Positions 37,401-47,135 of a stretch of 64,000 bases of DNA are shown in pieces. The stretch's first letter is position 1, and every line of letters starts with the position of its first letter. A program made the position numbers and the translations under genes. Source of the stretch: an archaeon (GTDB lineage Archaea > Nanobdellota > Nanobdellia > Pacearchaeales > JAPDKA01); the NCBI GenBank assembly GCA_029258825.1, contig JAPDKA010000001.1, positions 101,797 through 165,796 of the forward strand, given 5' to 3'. Under the pieces are notes generated by a model. It did no database searches. It was not told the origin of the DNA and worked only from the letters and a program-made list of their open reading frames with translations.

Positions 37401-39258
37401 TAGAGTTGGTTGAAATATCGCTGAAAGTGTTGTGCTGTATGTAATTGCGTCTAAAACCTCTATAGGTGTCGCTCTTTGCCCACAACCCGTAATCGTTATT
37501 GCTAAATGTGTTATACTCAAAATGGCTGTCTTGAATATAATTATCACCACCAGCACAGTAAAGATACATACCATAAGTATTATCATGCAAGTTGTTAAAG
37601 CTAAAATTAAGCTCGTCTAAAATAACATCTCCTTGAACATTCGTATGTATTCCCTCGGTAAAATTCGCAATCTCGCAGTTAAAAATTGTAACGTTATTGC
37701 TGTTGTTAACGTAAATGCCAGCCCCGCTTGTATTACCAACAATGCTATAGCCCGCACAATCGAACACAACATTGTCTGCAGTGATGGTGAAGCATGTGCC
37801 GTTATTCTGCAATATACCTTTTCCCCTATAATAATGTTGTTTAATTTCATCTGCAGTTAAAGCACGATTGTATATTTTTACTTCGTCGATTGTGCCGTTA
37901 AACCAGTATGAAGATAAAGATTTGTGAGCTCCCACTAACCAATTTCCATCAGCACTCTCCACAGTCATAGTTCCATCATTTGTTTTCACACCATTAACAT
38001 ACCACGTCCAAGTTCCCTTCTCTTTATTCCATACAAACGCAAGATGTTGCCATTCATTTTTCTTTACAGCAATTCCTGAATCTTTACGAGAACCTCCAGC
38101 CATGCTGTGCCAGGTACCAGTATCATCCTCTGCATAAATCCAAGCTCTCCCTGTGCCTGTGCCATCCATTTGTTGAACTACAACCATAGTCCCAGCTTCG
38201 CTTGGAAGAACAGTCGGATAAACCCACACTTCAACAGTAATGCTGGTGGTAGAAGGGTCGATAGTTAAGCCTGTTTTAACATAATCATCAACACCGTCAA
38301 AACTGAATGCGCCTCCGACAAAACCACTCACATAAGTTGCACCATAAACAGTAGCGTTGTTTGTTCCTTCTCTACTATAATCTTGTTGACTAGTTGAATT
38401 TTCATCGAACTTCAAGTAAAGCACAGAACCATTATCTTGACTGTCAACTGCTCTCGTGTAGTTTAGCGCGATTGATGCATTAATTGCAGCACAACCATTA
38501 ACATAATCAGCATAAATTTCTTCACTGCTTAAAGCACGATTGTATATTTTTACTTCATCGATTGTGCCGTTGAAAAAATATGCAATATTATCGCTATTAT
38601 CCCTGTTCGCTCCAATTAAGACAGAATTCGCACCATTTGCAGTAGTGCCAGTATATGTTGTATTAGTAACTTTTTCTCCGTTAATGTAAAGTTCCACTAT
38701 GTTGCCATCCCATCTAACAACAAGATGTGTCCATTTATTAATAGAAATATTCACTTGTGGATACCATATTAATCCCCACGCTCCAGAAGAATCACCAATT
38801 AAGATCTGAATATGATTCGGATCAACAACACCATTATTATCAAAGAGTCTAATTCTGTATTCGCGATTTCCATTAGTTCCCCCTTTATCCACTACAGACA
38901 TCAAAGCATTATTGCTAAGAGGGTATACCCAAGCTTCAATAGTGAAAGAGCTAACTAAAGTTAAACTATCACTATCACCAGCATCCACATAATCATCAAC
39001 ACCATCAAAAGAGAGAGCATTGCCATACTTGCCTGCTACGAGACTCGCATTATAAACAGTAGCGTTATTGTTTAATGCATAATCATAAGTAATGTTGTTT
39101 ACTACTTCATCAAATGAAAGATGCAGCACAGCTGAACGCATGCGTAAAGTGTTAGCTGCTACAGTTTGAGTAAAAACAATAGGTAAAATAATTGAGAGAA
39201 TAAAAAGATAGGTAAAAATAAATTGTAATGTAATTCTATCGCGATGCTTTACCATCAT
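34414..39258 (-). CDS. Large surface adhesin: two LamG domains, beta-helix (NosD/pectin-lyase-like), Ig-like, Cys-rich, C-terminal TM
   Basis: Signal peptide; two FDGVDDYV...FNGTIDEVKIYNRAL units; parallel beta-helix N-rich repeats; ECCSNADC motifs; C-terminal hydrophobic anchor. Confidence 0.9.
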   Translation of the reverse strand: MMVKHRDRITLQFIFTYLFILSIILPIVFTQTVAANTLRMRSAVLHLSFDEVVNNITYDYALNNNATVYNASLVAGKYGNALSFDGVDDYVDAGDSDSLTLVSSFTIEAWVYPLSNNALMSVVDKGGTNGNREYRIRLFDNNGVVDPNHIQILIGDSSGAWGLIWYPQVNISINKWTHLVVRWDGNIVELYINGEKVTNTTYTGTTANGANSVLIGANRDNSDNIAYFFNGTIDEVKIYNRALSSEEIYADYVNGCAAINASIALNYTRAVDSQDNGSVLYLKFDENSTSQQDYSREGTNNATVYGATYVSGFVGGAFSFDGVDDYVKTGLTIDPSTTSITVEVWVYPTVLPSEAGTMVVVQQMDGTGTGRAWIYAEDDTGTWHSMAGGSRKDSGIAVKKNEWQHLAFVWNKEKGTWTWYVNGVKTNDGTMTVESADGNWLVGAHKSLSSYWFNGTIDEVKIYNRALTADEIKQHYYRGKGILQNNGTCFTITADNVVFDCAGYSIVGNTSGAGIYVNNSNNVTIFNCEIANFTEGIHTNVQGDVILDELNFSFNNLHDNTYGMYLYCAGGDNYIQDSHFEYNTFSNNDYGLWAKSDTYRGFRRNYIQHNTFSDISTNSITFPRYGYKNYIYYNKFENVYNGVAEGTGAAYNEIKFNNFTNISNVGHNLYGDNQLIENNKFVNATKAIAGRYCQKSRIYNNNITQSQYGVYLTYYSSKYWPKYVEVINNTISADTAIYYYTIYNQQYNNTIFNNTLTITASDGYGIYSYHASNNNVTGNTISGGKIGVYLVDGANNWTIERNKFYDFVDYGAGIQIEKSNYTSINHNIFNNSIAVSNKTVGIKVRAGSYYTTGYNNTFWNSRLWFEGAKYSEFERVFVQKGNVYHSLAFTNYGDNQPIDNYVKDSVIANPSVSWSYAVYSNTTEHVNNYLVNVTFDRDSFTVGGNATIWVGWWVDVYVNNTQGKSISNANVTAYNVYDAVAFTGNTDGGKITTPLYELKQNSTGSTSFNPYNITAHKLSVGYGLNYTIENITTNKEVTILLADIQEPNLTLYKPDYTVTNNTTVLFNFTVTDNVDTNLSCDIIIRDLLSSNLSVYSLYCVNASYCTKTITLNESKYNYTVQCSDDDANKASVSSNLTVDISPPNITINYPQSTTYSTSVNLINVSVDDLSLNESSVYAVINNVTYTLIKINNYFINDTLSLNDGSYTLTVYASDNVGHSSNKTISFTVSITQVSAGGGETECINFDLSLPSVACEQQTFEVTASRESGIANVAITFVNGLTRKTIYTDASGTASIALSYGKWTVKASKQGYCSIQKQIDIVHCNIPLGLKCEYDMQCVSGLCLQGTTKKFCAECITDNDCKQNEYCNQYHYCINVECKCGVIKQHKCIAYECCSNADCEQGMHCYNHKCIAGEGLRIMLPDVIVEGKNITISLMYNNSYVDGIINVDGVNYSTADGRINIMLAAGKHVIKAYVAGLDVEQVNVNAKPKPNVEVPETVNVGQLITIKVRDSSGNPIRNQELIIQLPSGEVVRTKTDENGIAYVLSYAPGKIKVELVGYGITTETAVVNKLQQIIVILISLIILMTIIYAIITKIIANRNLNYGRSTIVSSYHQKF
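37857..38571. repeat. 43-bp direct repeat (42/43 identical) at the ends of the two LamG domains
   Basis: 37857-37899 vs 38529-38571; a second pair at 38279-38302 vs 38987-39010 is 23/24 identical. Confidence 0.85.
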
Positions 39259-39494
39259 TTTGTTTATTTAACACCTCTTTTCTTTACAAATCAAAAAAAT
39301 TGAAATTTAAAAAACTTACTCAGTTCTCAACTTTCAGGAGTGCTAGACAACATGCAAAAACAAACATGCAAGAACACAGCGCTAAACAACAAAGCACAAC
39401 AATGCAAACATTTAAAAAGCACCATACCTTAACTAAAAAATGATGACATTTTACAGTGACTAAAATTTATACTAACTAATAAGTGACGATAAAA

Positions 39495-39510
39495 CCGAAA
39501 GATTTATAAA
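39495..39510 (+). promoter_or_regulatory. BRE-TATA promoter of the surface-layer-like gene
   Basis: ccgaaagatttataaa. Confidence 0.7.
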
Positions 39511-39569
39511 GTGTTATAACTTAATGATAATAACAAAAATAAACTAAATTAAATCAACCAAAAAACAAA

Positions 39570-40808
39570 ATGAAAAAGCTAACTTTTGTTTTTATGGCAG
39601 CTTTGTTTTTGCTTGCTGTAGTTGCAGGGACTGCAAAAGCAGTAGATGACATTGAAGAGATGTATGTATACTTGAACGGCCATTATGTAAGTGAAGACAT
39701 GAAGTTCAGTGTTGAAAGGGGTGATGTACTTGGAATAAGAGTATTATTTACAACAGGATCGTTCTGGGGTGAAAAGAATGATATAAGAGTGAAAGCTTGG
39801 ATTGATGGTTACAGAGATGAAATAAGTGCTGAAACAGAAAGGTTTGATATATATGGCAGCACAACATACAGCAAATACCTAAGCTTAAGAATACCTGACG
39901 ACATTGATAAAGGAACATACACACTTTATGTATTAATTACAGGTAAAAAAGAGCTAAGCGGTGATAAAGAGAAGAGATTAACACTAAAAATACAAAGAAC
40001 AAGTTATGAGTTGGATGTACTTTCAGTTGACCTAGCATTGCCAGCAACAGTAAATGCTGGTGAAGCAATAACAGCTGACGTCGTAGTGAAAAATACTGGC
40101 AGCCAAAAGATAGATGATATCTTTGTTGAAGCTGCAATACCTGAACTTGGATTAAGCAAAAGAATTTACATTGGTGACTTATATCCTAACGACTATATTG
40201 AAGAGGGTGAAAGAGACACAAAGAAAGTGACAGTAACATTCACAATACCAGAAAGTGCTGAAACAGGAACATACACATTTTACGTCAAAGCATATGATGA
40301 AGATGCAAGTGCAGAAGCTGAAGAATACTTCAATGTAGTTGGCAAGCAAGTAAAAGAAGAAGTGCAATTCGTTGCAGAAGACTACAGCAAAGATGTAAAG
40401 GCTGGCGAAACAGTAACATACAAATTAATTGTAGCAAATACAGGAGAAGAAACAAAACCATACACAATTGAGGTTGAAGGTACAAGAGGATGGGCAACAG
40501 TGAATGTCGAGCCAAAAACATTCATATTGGCTAAAGACGGAATACAAACAATAACATTAACATTGAATATTGATGCAGATGCAGTAAATGCAGAACATGT
40601 ATTTGCAGTTAAGCTAACAAGTGACGGAGAAGTGCTAAAAACAATAAACCTTGCTGCAAACATTGAAAGTGAAAAACCAAAAACAACAGAGCTCGGCTTG
40701 TGGTTAGCTGTAATCATACTTGCAATCGCAGTAATCGTACTTGCAGTAGTACTAGCAACAACTCAAAAAGGCAAAGCTGAAGAGAAACCTGAAGAGGTTT
40801 ACTACTAA
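39570..40808 (+). CDS. Acidic multi-Ig (CARDB-like) surface / S-layer-like protein
   Basis: Signal peptide, three beta-sandwich units (VKNTG, VANTG), C-terminal TM followed by EEVYY. Confidence 0.8.
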   Translation: MKKLTFVFMAALFLLAVVAGTAKAVDDIEEMYVYLNGHYVSEDMKFSVERGDVLGIRVLFTTGSFWGEKNDIRVKAWIDGYRDEISAETERFDIYGSTTYSKYLSLRIPDDIDKGTYTLYVLITGKKELSGDKEKRLTLKIQRTSYELDVLSVDLALPATVNAGEAITADVVVKNTGSQKIDDIFVEAAIPELGLSKRIYIGDLYPNDYIEEGERDTKKVTVTFTIPESAETGTYTFYVKAYDEDASAEAEEYFNVVGKQVKEEVQFVAEDYSKDVKAGETVTYKLIVANTGEETKPYTIEVEGTRGWATVNVEPKTFILAKDGIQTITLTLNIDADAVNAEHVFAVKLTSDGEVLKTINLAANIESEKPKTTELGLWLAVIILAIAVIVLAVVLATTQKGKAEEKPEEVYY

Positions 40809-41041
40809 GCTTAGTTTTTGTTGTTTTTTGCTTTTTTATTTTTTATTTTTTTCTTGCTTTTGTTTTTTGTTTTGTTGTTGCATTTTTTACTGCTTTTGCC
40901 ATTTTAAAATTAGAAAAATATGAATAAATTTATTATCGTAAAGTTTATATATCAAGTTAAGCTTTTTAAGTGATAACAACCTCTAATAAACTTTGCAAGA
41001 GTTATGATAAAAACAAAAAAACTAAACAAAATAAAATAAAA

Positions 41042-43153
41042 ATGGTATCAAAAAATATAGCAATAGTTTTGAGCTTATTTGTTTTTCTGTTAACGCTGAA
41101 TACAGTGAGTGCTTTTGATGTAGAAACAAACATAGTAACAAATGCTGTATGCCCATCTGAGACAATAATTATCGAGGATGTTGTGAAGGCAACAACAAGT
41201 AGCAGTTTTGAAGTAATGCTAAGCGGTAATACAGATTTCGTTACAGTAATGCCACTAAGCTTTACACTTGATGCAGGCGAACAAAAAAGCATATACAGTT
41301 ATATAACACCACCAAGCAATGCATTGCCTGGCTTATACAGCTTTAGTTTGATAATAAAGAATGGGCAAGAACAAAAAACAATAACACATGAATTTATTGT
41401 AGAAAACTGTAATGAATTAAGCTTAACATTACAAAATGCAGAAACATGTGCATGCGACACTGTACAGCTTGAAGCAGAAATAACAAACAATGGTGTATAT
41501 GAACAAACTTATGCAATAAAAGCATACCCGAGCATAGCAACGCCAAATGTTGATAAAATAACATTAAAGCCAGGCCAAACAGAAACATTCTATGTCAGCG
41601 TTAAAGTGCCATGCACTGCAAAAAACAACATAAAAGTAACAGTACAAGCAGAATCGCTACAAACATACGCAACAGCCAAAGCAGTAGCCACAATAAATGT
41701 GAAGCAATGTTATGGTTACAATGTTGAGCTGCAACAAGACAGCTTTAGCATTTGTGATGGTGAAACACTAACAATACCTGTAACAATAACCAACCTTGCG
41801 GAACAGCCAAACTACTATGAATTGTTGCTTACTGGTTATAAGCATGCAAGCTTGAGCATTAGCGAGTTAAGTATCGATGCTGGACAAACGAGGCAGTTCA
41901 ACATAAATGTAATGCCACCATATCTTGAAGAAGGCAACTACACACTAAAGTTGCAGGTGTTAAGCGATAAAGGCAACATAATGACAACAAAGAATATAGC
42001 ATTAACCATAAGAAAATGCCATAGCATAGCAATAGATATGCCAACAACGAGCGATGTGTTATGCAATGCTTTAACTAACACTTACGCAATTTATGTAACC
42101 AACACAGGAGAAAAGCCGGCAACTATAAGTTTAAGCACAGACGGCGTCAATTTTGCAACACTTAGCAATTATTCATTACAACTAGATGCCGGAATGCAGC
42201 AAGCAGTAACACTAACAGTAAGTCCCCCTTATGAAACAAAACCAGGCACATACAACATAAAGATAAAAGCAAGAGATACAGTAAGTAATGCACAAGCCAC
42301 AGCAACATTACAGCTCGAAACAAAAAGCATAGAGCAATGTTACATGCCACGCATTTACACAAATACAGACACCATAGATATAGAACAAGATAAAACAGCA
42401 ACAATAATGTTTACTGTAGAAAACACAGGCAGCAATACAGCAAGCTATGATATTAGCATAGAAGGGACTGCAACAAGATTTGCTAGTTTAGTGCCGACAT
42501 TAATAACACTTAAACCAAGACAAGCAGAGGTTGTTTATGTTTATGTAGCACCAAGTATATTCACACCAGTTGGCAGTTACACATTAACGTTGAATGTACG
42601 TTATAACAAAACAGCAATGATCGCAAGTAAAACAGTAAATATCAATGTAAAGCCAAAAAGTAAAAAGCAACAAGAGCAAGAAATTCAAACAATCGAAGAA
42701 GTAACAGAGACCAATCAAACAGTATCAATATGGCAAAAGATAAAGAACGCATTTGCAAGATTTTTTTCAAGATTTAAAATAAAAAAGCATGAAGAAAACG
42801 AAATAGAAGAGCTACTAAGTGAGATGGAATCTGAACTAAATCAACCAACTGTAACGAGCGATGTGGTAAGTATTGAAGAAAATGAAGAAAGTAACAGCAA
42901 TGCTGATGTTGAAGCTGCTGAACAGCTCTTGCCAGAAGCCGGGCAGCAAGAAGCACAAGTTGCACAGCAAGAAGCAAGCGATATAGACGAATTGCTCAGC
43001 GAGCTTGAAACAACACAAGAAAGCAGTACAAATTGGGAAAACATAATGAAGCAATATAAGTGGTACTTTGTTGGCATTCTAGCAGCAATCATCATTGCAG
43101 TAATACTAACAGCCACAAATAGCTGGAAGAAAATAGCAAAATTTTTTGAATAA
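41042..43153 (+). CDS. Multi-Ig membrane-anchored surface protein (COG1470-like)
   Basis: Signal peptide, five Cys-linked beta-sandwich repeats, acidic linker, C-terminal TM. Confidence 0.8.
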   Translation: MVSKNIAIVLSLFVFLLTLNTVSAFDVETNIVTNAVCPSETIIIEDVVKATTSSSFEVMLSGNTDFVTVMPLSFTLDAGEQKSIYSYITPPSNALPGLYSFSLIIKNGQEQKTITHEFIVENCNELSLTLQNAETCACDTVQLEAEITNNGVYEQTYAIKAYPSIATPNVDKITLKPGQTETFYVSVKVPCTAKNNIKVTVQAESLQTYATAKAVATINVKQCYGYNVELQQDSFSICDGETLTIPVTITNLAEQPNYYELLLTGYKHASLSISELSIDAGQTRQFNINVMPPYLEEGNYTLKLQVLSDKGNIMTTKNIALTIRKCHSIAIDMPTTSDVLCNALTNTYAIYVTNTGEKPATISLSTDGVNFATLSNYSLQLDAGMQQAVTLTVSPPYETKPGTYNIKIKARDTVSNAQATATLQLETKSIEQCYMPRIYTNTDTIDIEQDKTATIMFTVENTGSNTASYDISIEGTATRFASLVPTLITLKPRQAEVVYVYVAPSIFTPVGSYTLTLNVRYNKTAMIASKTVNINVKPKSKKQQEQEIQTIEEVTETNQTVSIWQKIKNAFARFFSRFKIKKHEENEIEELLSEMESELNQPTVTSDVVSIEENEESNSNADVEAAEQLLPEAGQQEAQVAQQEASDIDELLSELETTQESSTNWENIMKQYKWYFVGILAAIIIAVILTATNSWKKIAKFFE

Positions 43154-43257
43154 TTTTTTCTTTTTATTTTTATTTGAAAATCTTGCTACAAACCCTGCTA
43201 TGCTTAACAAAACAACATCTTAACAAGTTTTATAAATGTTGTTAGCTTATTTGTGTT

Positions 43258-44175
43258 ATGTACAAAAAAGAGGTGTATTGGCCAAGAGTAATAAAGATAC
43301 CAAAACAAGAAGGCAAGTTGAATGAAGAAGAAAAATTACAGCACGAAATAGAACAATATATACATAAAGTTAAGCCGTTCGAAAAGCAAGAAATGCTTTA
43401 TAGTGTTTATCTTAACAACATCAATTATGCAAAAACAATAAGGCAAAAACAATTGTTGTTTAGCATCATCAAAGCAATGAACCTGATTGATCGCAAGCAT
43501 TTTGTTTTGCCTCAGATGAAAGACGTATGCTACAATGACATAGCATTACCTTTATGTGCAGGACAGACAATAAGCCAACCGACAACAGTTGCAAGAATGA
43601 TTCTGCTTTTTGAACACGAATTTAGCAAACAATCACTAAACAAAGCAAAATGCGAAATAAATAGTGTGCTTGAGGTAGGCACTGGCAGTGGGTGGAATAT
43701 CGCTTTGATAGCTTGCATTTTTGATCACTTGCAAAAGCAAAAGGCAAAACAAAATGATAGGCAAAAAAGCAAAGCAGGAAGTAAAAGCTTCACAAGTGTG
43801 GAAATTATAAAAGAAATAGCAGAACTTGCAAAATCGAACATAGCAAGAATACAGAAAAAATTAAGCAAAAGTAAAAAACAAAAACAGATTGCTGGTGCAT
43901 TACGCAAGATCAAAATCATAAATGCTGATGCTTTTGATAAAAACACTTCTGTCTGGGCAAGCAACTATGATAGAATTATGTTTACTGCAGGGATACACAA
44001 CAAGCAAATTGAAGCAAAAGCAAAAGAAATGGCAAAAAGATTGCTTAATGATGGTGGTATTGCCATATGCCCGCACACTTATGGGCCGCTTAAAATATGG
44101 ATAAAACATAACAACAAATTGTTTGAAGAAACTACAGCTGATGAATATATGTTTGTTCCACTTGTTAAAGTGTAA
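43258..44175 (+). CDS. pcm: Protein-L-isoaspartate O-methyltransferase
   Basis: IDRKHFV, GQTISQPTTVARM, VLEVGTGSGW, YDRIMFTAG, FVPLV; K/Q-rich insertions. Confidence 0.85.
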   Translation: MYKKEVYWPRVIKIPKQEGKLNEEEKLQHEIEQYIHKVKPFEKQEMLYSVYLNNINYAKTIRQKQLLFSIIKAMNLIDRKHFVLPQMKDVCYNDIALPLCAGQTISQPTTVARMILLFEHEFSKQSLNKAKCEINSVLEVGTGSGWNIALIACIFDHLQKQKAKQNDRQKSKAGSKSFTSVEIIKEIAELAKSNIARIQKKLSKSKKQKQIAGALRKIKIINADAFDKNTSVWASNYDRIMFTAGIHNKQIEAKAKEMAKRLLNDGGIAICPHTYGPLKIWIKHNNKLFEETTADEYMFVPLVKV

Positions 44176-44215
44176 AAGATTATTTAAAAATGAAAGTAAG
44201 TTGATTATTATAATT

Positions 44216-45187
44216 TCATAAAATAGGGATAAATCTGCTGATTGGTTCTTCATGAATTATGAAGTAATCATAAGTTCTAATCGTGTTTCTAAAATTTTTC
44301 CTTAATTGTTCAATAATTGAAAAAAATTCTTCTCTTGTTTTTGTTAGAATTTCAAATTCTAGATCTGGCTTGCCTATGGGTTTGGTTATATAAATACAAT
44401 TTGGGATGGACTTTAAGGCTGTAATGAGGTTATCAAAGTTATCTTTTGTTAGGTTTTGAAGATAAAGTAAAACCTTAATATTTGAATAACCAAATTTTTT
44501 ATAATCAATCAATGTCCTAAACCCTACTATTATTTTTTTCTTAACCAAATTTTTTATCCTGTAACTTACCGCCCTGCCTGAAAGACCGAGCTCTTTACTC
44601 AGATTTTCATAACTCATTCTTGCATTTTTGGTTAAAAGCACAAGCAGTTTTTTGTCAACATCATCTAATTCATAAGTTTCAATTTTTCCACCTGTTTTAA
44701 ATTCTTGAAAGTTTCGTTTTAATAAAAATCTGTAAGGAAATTGCCATAAGTGTAAACCTATCGAAACTTCTTTTTCTAAGATGTATTTCCCATATTTGAA
44801 TACAAAATCGTCAATAAATTCCTCAAATTCTATCATGTTTCTTGCCCAATATCCCACTACTAGATCCCAAGAACCATAAAGAATGCCTAAATATGCTATT
44901 TTAGGATTCTCTTTAAGATATTTTAACATTTTTTCCTCGATTTCCTTTGTTATATTTTGAAATTTCAAGAGTAATCTGCAATAATAATAGCCGAGTTTTG
45001 CTGAATTTATAATGGCATAATACTGCTTTATTATCCCTTCCTTCTCGAGTTTTCTAATTCTGTAAAGAGCTACTTCTTTAGAAATTCTAACTTTTTTAGC
45101 TATTTTTGAAATAGGTTGTCTCGCATTGAAATCTAGTTCTGTGAGTATTTTTCTATCTTTTAAATCTAGTTTTCTTTTTTCATGCAT
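44216..45187 (-). CDS. Tandem Lrp/AsnC transcriptional regulator
   Basis: Two HTH-RAM units (LDLKDRKILTELDFNAR; LDDVDKKLLVLLTKNAR); divergent from the operon below. Confidence 0.92.
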   Translation of the reverse strand: MHEKRKLDLKDRKILTELDFNARQPISKIAKKVRISKEVALYRIRKLEKEGIIKQYYAIINSAKLGYYYCRLLLKFQNITKEIEEKMLKYLKENPKIAYLGILYGSWDLVVGYWARNMIEFEEFIDDFVFKYGKYILEKEVSIGLHLWQFPYRFLLKRNFQEFKTGGKIETYELDDVDKKLLVLLTKNARMSYENLSKELGLSGRAVSYRIKNLVKKKIIVGFRTLIDYKKFGYSNIKVLLYLQNLTKDNFDNLITALKSIPNCIYITKPIGKPDLEFEILTKTREEFFSIIEQLRKNFRNTIRTYDYFIIHEEPISRFIPIL

Positions 45188-45311
45188 GTTTAATCTTCAG
45201 AAAAAATGATATTTAAATTTTTCTATTCGTGAAAATTTTTTAAAATAAATTTTATAAATTTTCGCTGCTAATTATTACCATAGCTAAGTAGTAAAAATTC
45301 AAAATATAAAA

Positions 45312-46331
45312 ATGAATGCCAATGAATATTTCAAAATAATGGAAGAAACTGGAAAAGCTACATATAGAAGAATAGAAGATTATCTAGATAGAGATATAAA
45401 AGAAGAAGGGTTAAGAAAATTTATTGAAAATTTTATTGATGGTAGATTGCAAAACAAAAGAAGGTTAAGGTCTTTGCTTGTAAGAGGAGTTTATAATGCA
45501 GTAACAAGGGATGATGAAGAAAGAAATAAATGGAAGGAAAAGATATTAGATGTTTGTGCAGCATTTGAACTTTGGTGTATAGCAGATTACTTAACTAATG
45601 ATGTTTTTGATGACAAACTTGATAAATGTAAAAACAACATAGATAGAGATCCTAACTTGTTTTATATTGCTTCTACTGTAGTTAGAGAGATAGCAGAAAA
45701 TGCTTTAAGAGATGCTGCAAGAAAATTAAGGCCAGAAAAGGAAAAAGAGGTAATTGGGTTGTTCAGTAAACTCGTAGATTTTGCTTATCATCATCAATGG
45801 GCTGATTATACAATGAAATACAAAGGAGAAACACCAAAAGAGCTGGAAACAAAGTTAGATGAAATATTCAAAAAAAGATATGTAGATTATGAAGCAGGAA
45901 ATTGCTTTGGAAAAATGTGTGAGATTGCAGCAATATTGTTTGGAGCTAATGAAAATGAAAGAAAAGCACTTGCAGAATATGGAGATTCCTTTTCAATCTC
46001 TCTACAAATAGTGAATGATATTGCAGATATCGCTACTGGAGGCTATGATTTAAAAAACAAACTCCTAACATATCCTTTGGTTTTAACAATGGTAAGAACA
46101 GGAAAGAATGTTTATGGAATGAATGAAGAAGAGGTGAGGAAACTTTTTGTTTTATCTGGAGTGTTCGAGGAGTGCAGGAAAATAGCAGTTGAAATAGTAA
46201 GAAAAGCAAGGAAAAAGCTGCATATTTTTGAGAAGGAGAAAAGAGAACTACTTTCAACAATGTGGGTCTTTGCTTGGACAAATAAGTATTACCAAATCCT
46301 AAATAAAATAAAAAACCAAGAAAATGGCTGA
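45312..46331 (+). CDS. Divergent class I isoprenoid synthase / polyprenyl synthetase fold
   Basis: KRRLRS, CAAFEL..NDVFDD, LQIVNDIAD, DLKNKLLTYP. Confidence 0.8.
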   Translation: MNANEYFKIMEETGKATYRRIEDYLDRDIKEEGLRKFIENFIDGRLQNKRRLRSLLVRGVYNAVTRDDEERNKWKEKILDVCAAFELWCIADYLTNDVFDDKLDKCKNNIDRDPNLFYIASTVVREIAENALRDAARKLRPEKEKEVIGLFSKLVDFAYHHQWADYTMKYKGETPKELETKLDEIFKKRYVDYEAGNCFGKMCEIAAILFGANENERKALAEYGDSFSISLQIVNDIADIATGGYDLKNKLLTYPLVLTMVRTGKNVYGMNEEEVRKLFVLSGVFEECRKIAVEIVRKARKKLHIFEKEKRELLSTMWVFAWTNKYYQILNKIKNQENG

Positions 46332-47125
46332 ATGGTTTAAAGAATATTTTGGTTTGCAGTATATTATAGGGGATAACACAAAAGCTTTTGGATTTAATAG
46401 TTTGGAAGATAGGGTAGAGTATGAAGTAAACCAGATTATAGAGCTTGGAGAAGTACGATGGTATGAAAATTTTAGATGTTCCTTGTAGTTATGGAAAACA
46501 TGTAATAATGCTTGCCTCCAAGCATAATTGCGATATTTTTGGTATTGACATAAACCACATAGAGATTGATGTAGCAAGATATAGGGCTGAACATGAACTT
46601 GACGTTAATGAAAAACCACTAAAACTAAAGAAAAAGCCAAAATTTATGGCTGCTGACATGAGAAATTTTTCTGACATACTTAATAATTTTGATTTAATCT
46701 ATAATTGGTTCTGGAGTTTTGGTTATTTTGGTGATGAAGAAGATAAAAAAGTTTTAAAAGAGTTTTATAATGCTCTGAAGCCAAATGGCATTTTACTAAT
46801 CCATACAATCACAAAAGAAAATATTATGCCAGATTATATTACAGATTGGAAAAGAGAGATTTTGCCATTAAAAATTAAGGGAAAAGGGTATCCTGGAGGA
46901 ATCTTACATTTTACAAAGGTTTTCAATCCAGAAAAGAGCACATTGCATACAACATGGATAGTAATGCTAAATAATGGAATAATATTACCAGAACATCCTG
47001 TAGTTTCATCTGTCAGGATGTATAGCATAGATGAATACATCAGTATGCTAAAACAAACAGGATTCAGAAAAATCGAAGTTCATGATAGTTATTATCCAAT
47101 AACAATTTTTAAAGCAAGAAAATAA
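46324..47125 (+). pseudogene. Class I SAM methyltransferase split by a frameshift
   Basis: ATG 46324 overlaps the upstream stop and reads MAEWFKEYFG..EYEVNQIIE; the second frame reads KILDVPCSYGKH, GIDIN, ADMR, SFGYF, LKPNG. The shift lies at about 46442-46460. Confidence 0.8.
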
Positions 47126-47135
47126 CACAAACAAA

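Noticed and set aside
45188-45311. TPP riboswitch ahead of the thi operon
   Set aside because: The spacer is short and AT-rich, with no CUGAGA or other TPP core motifs.
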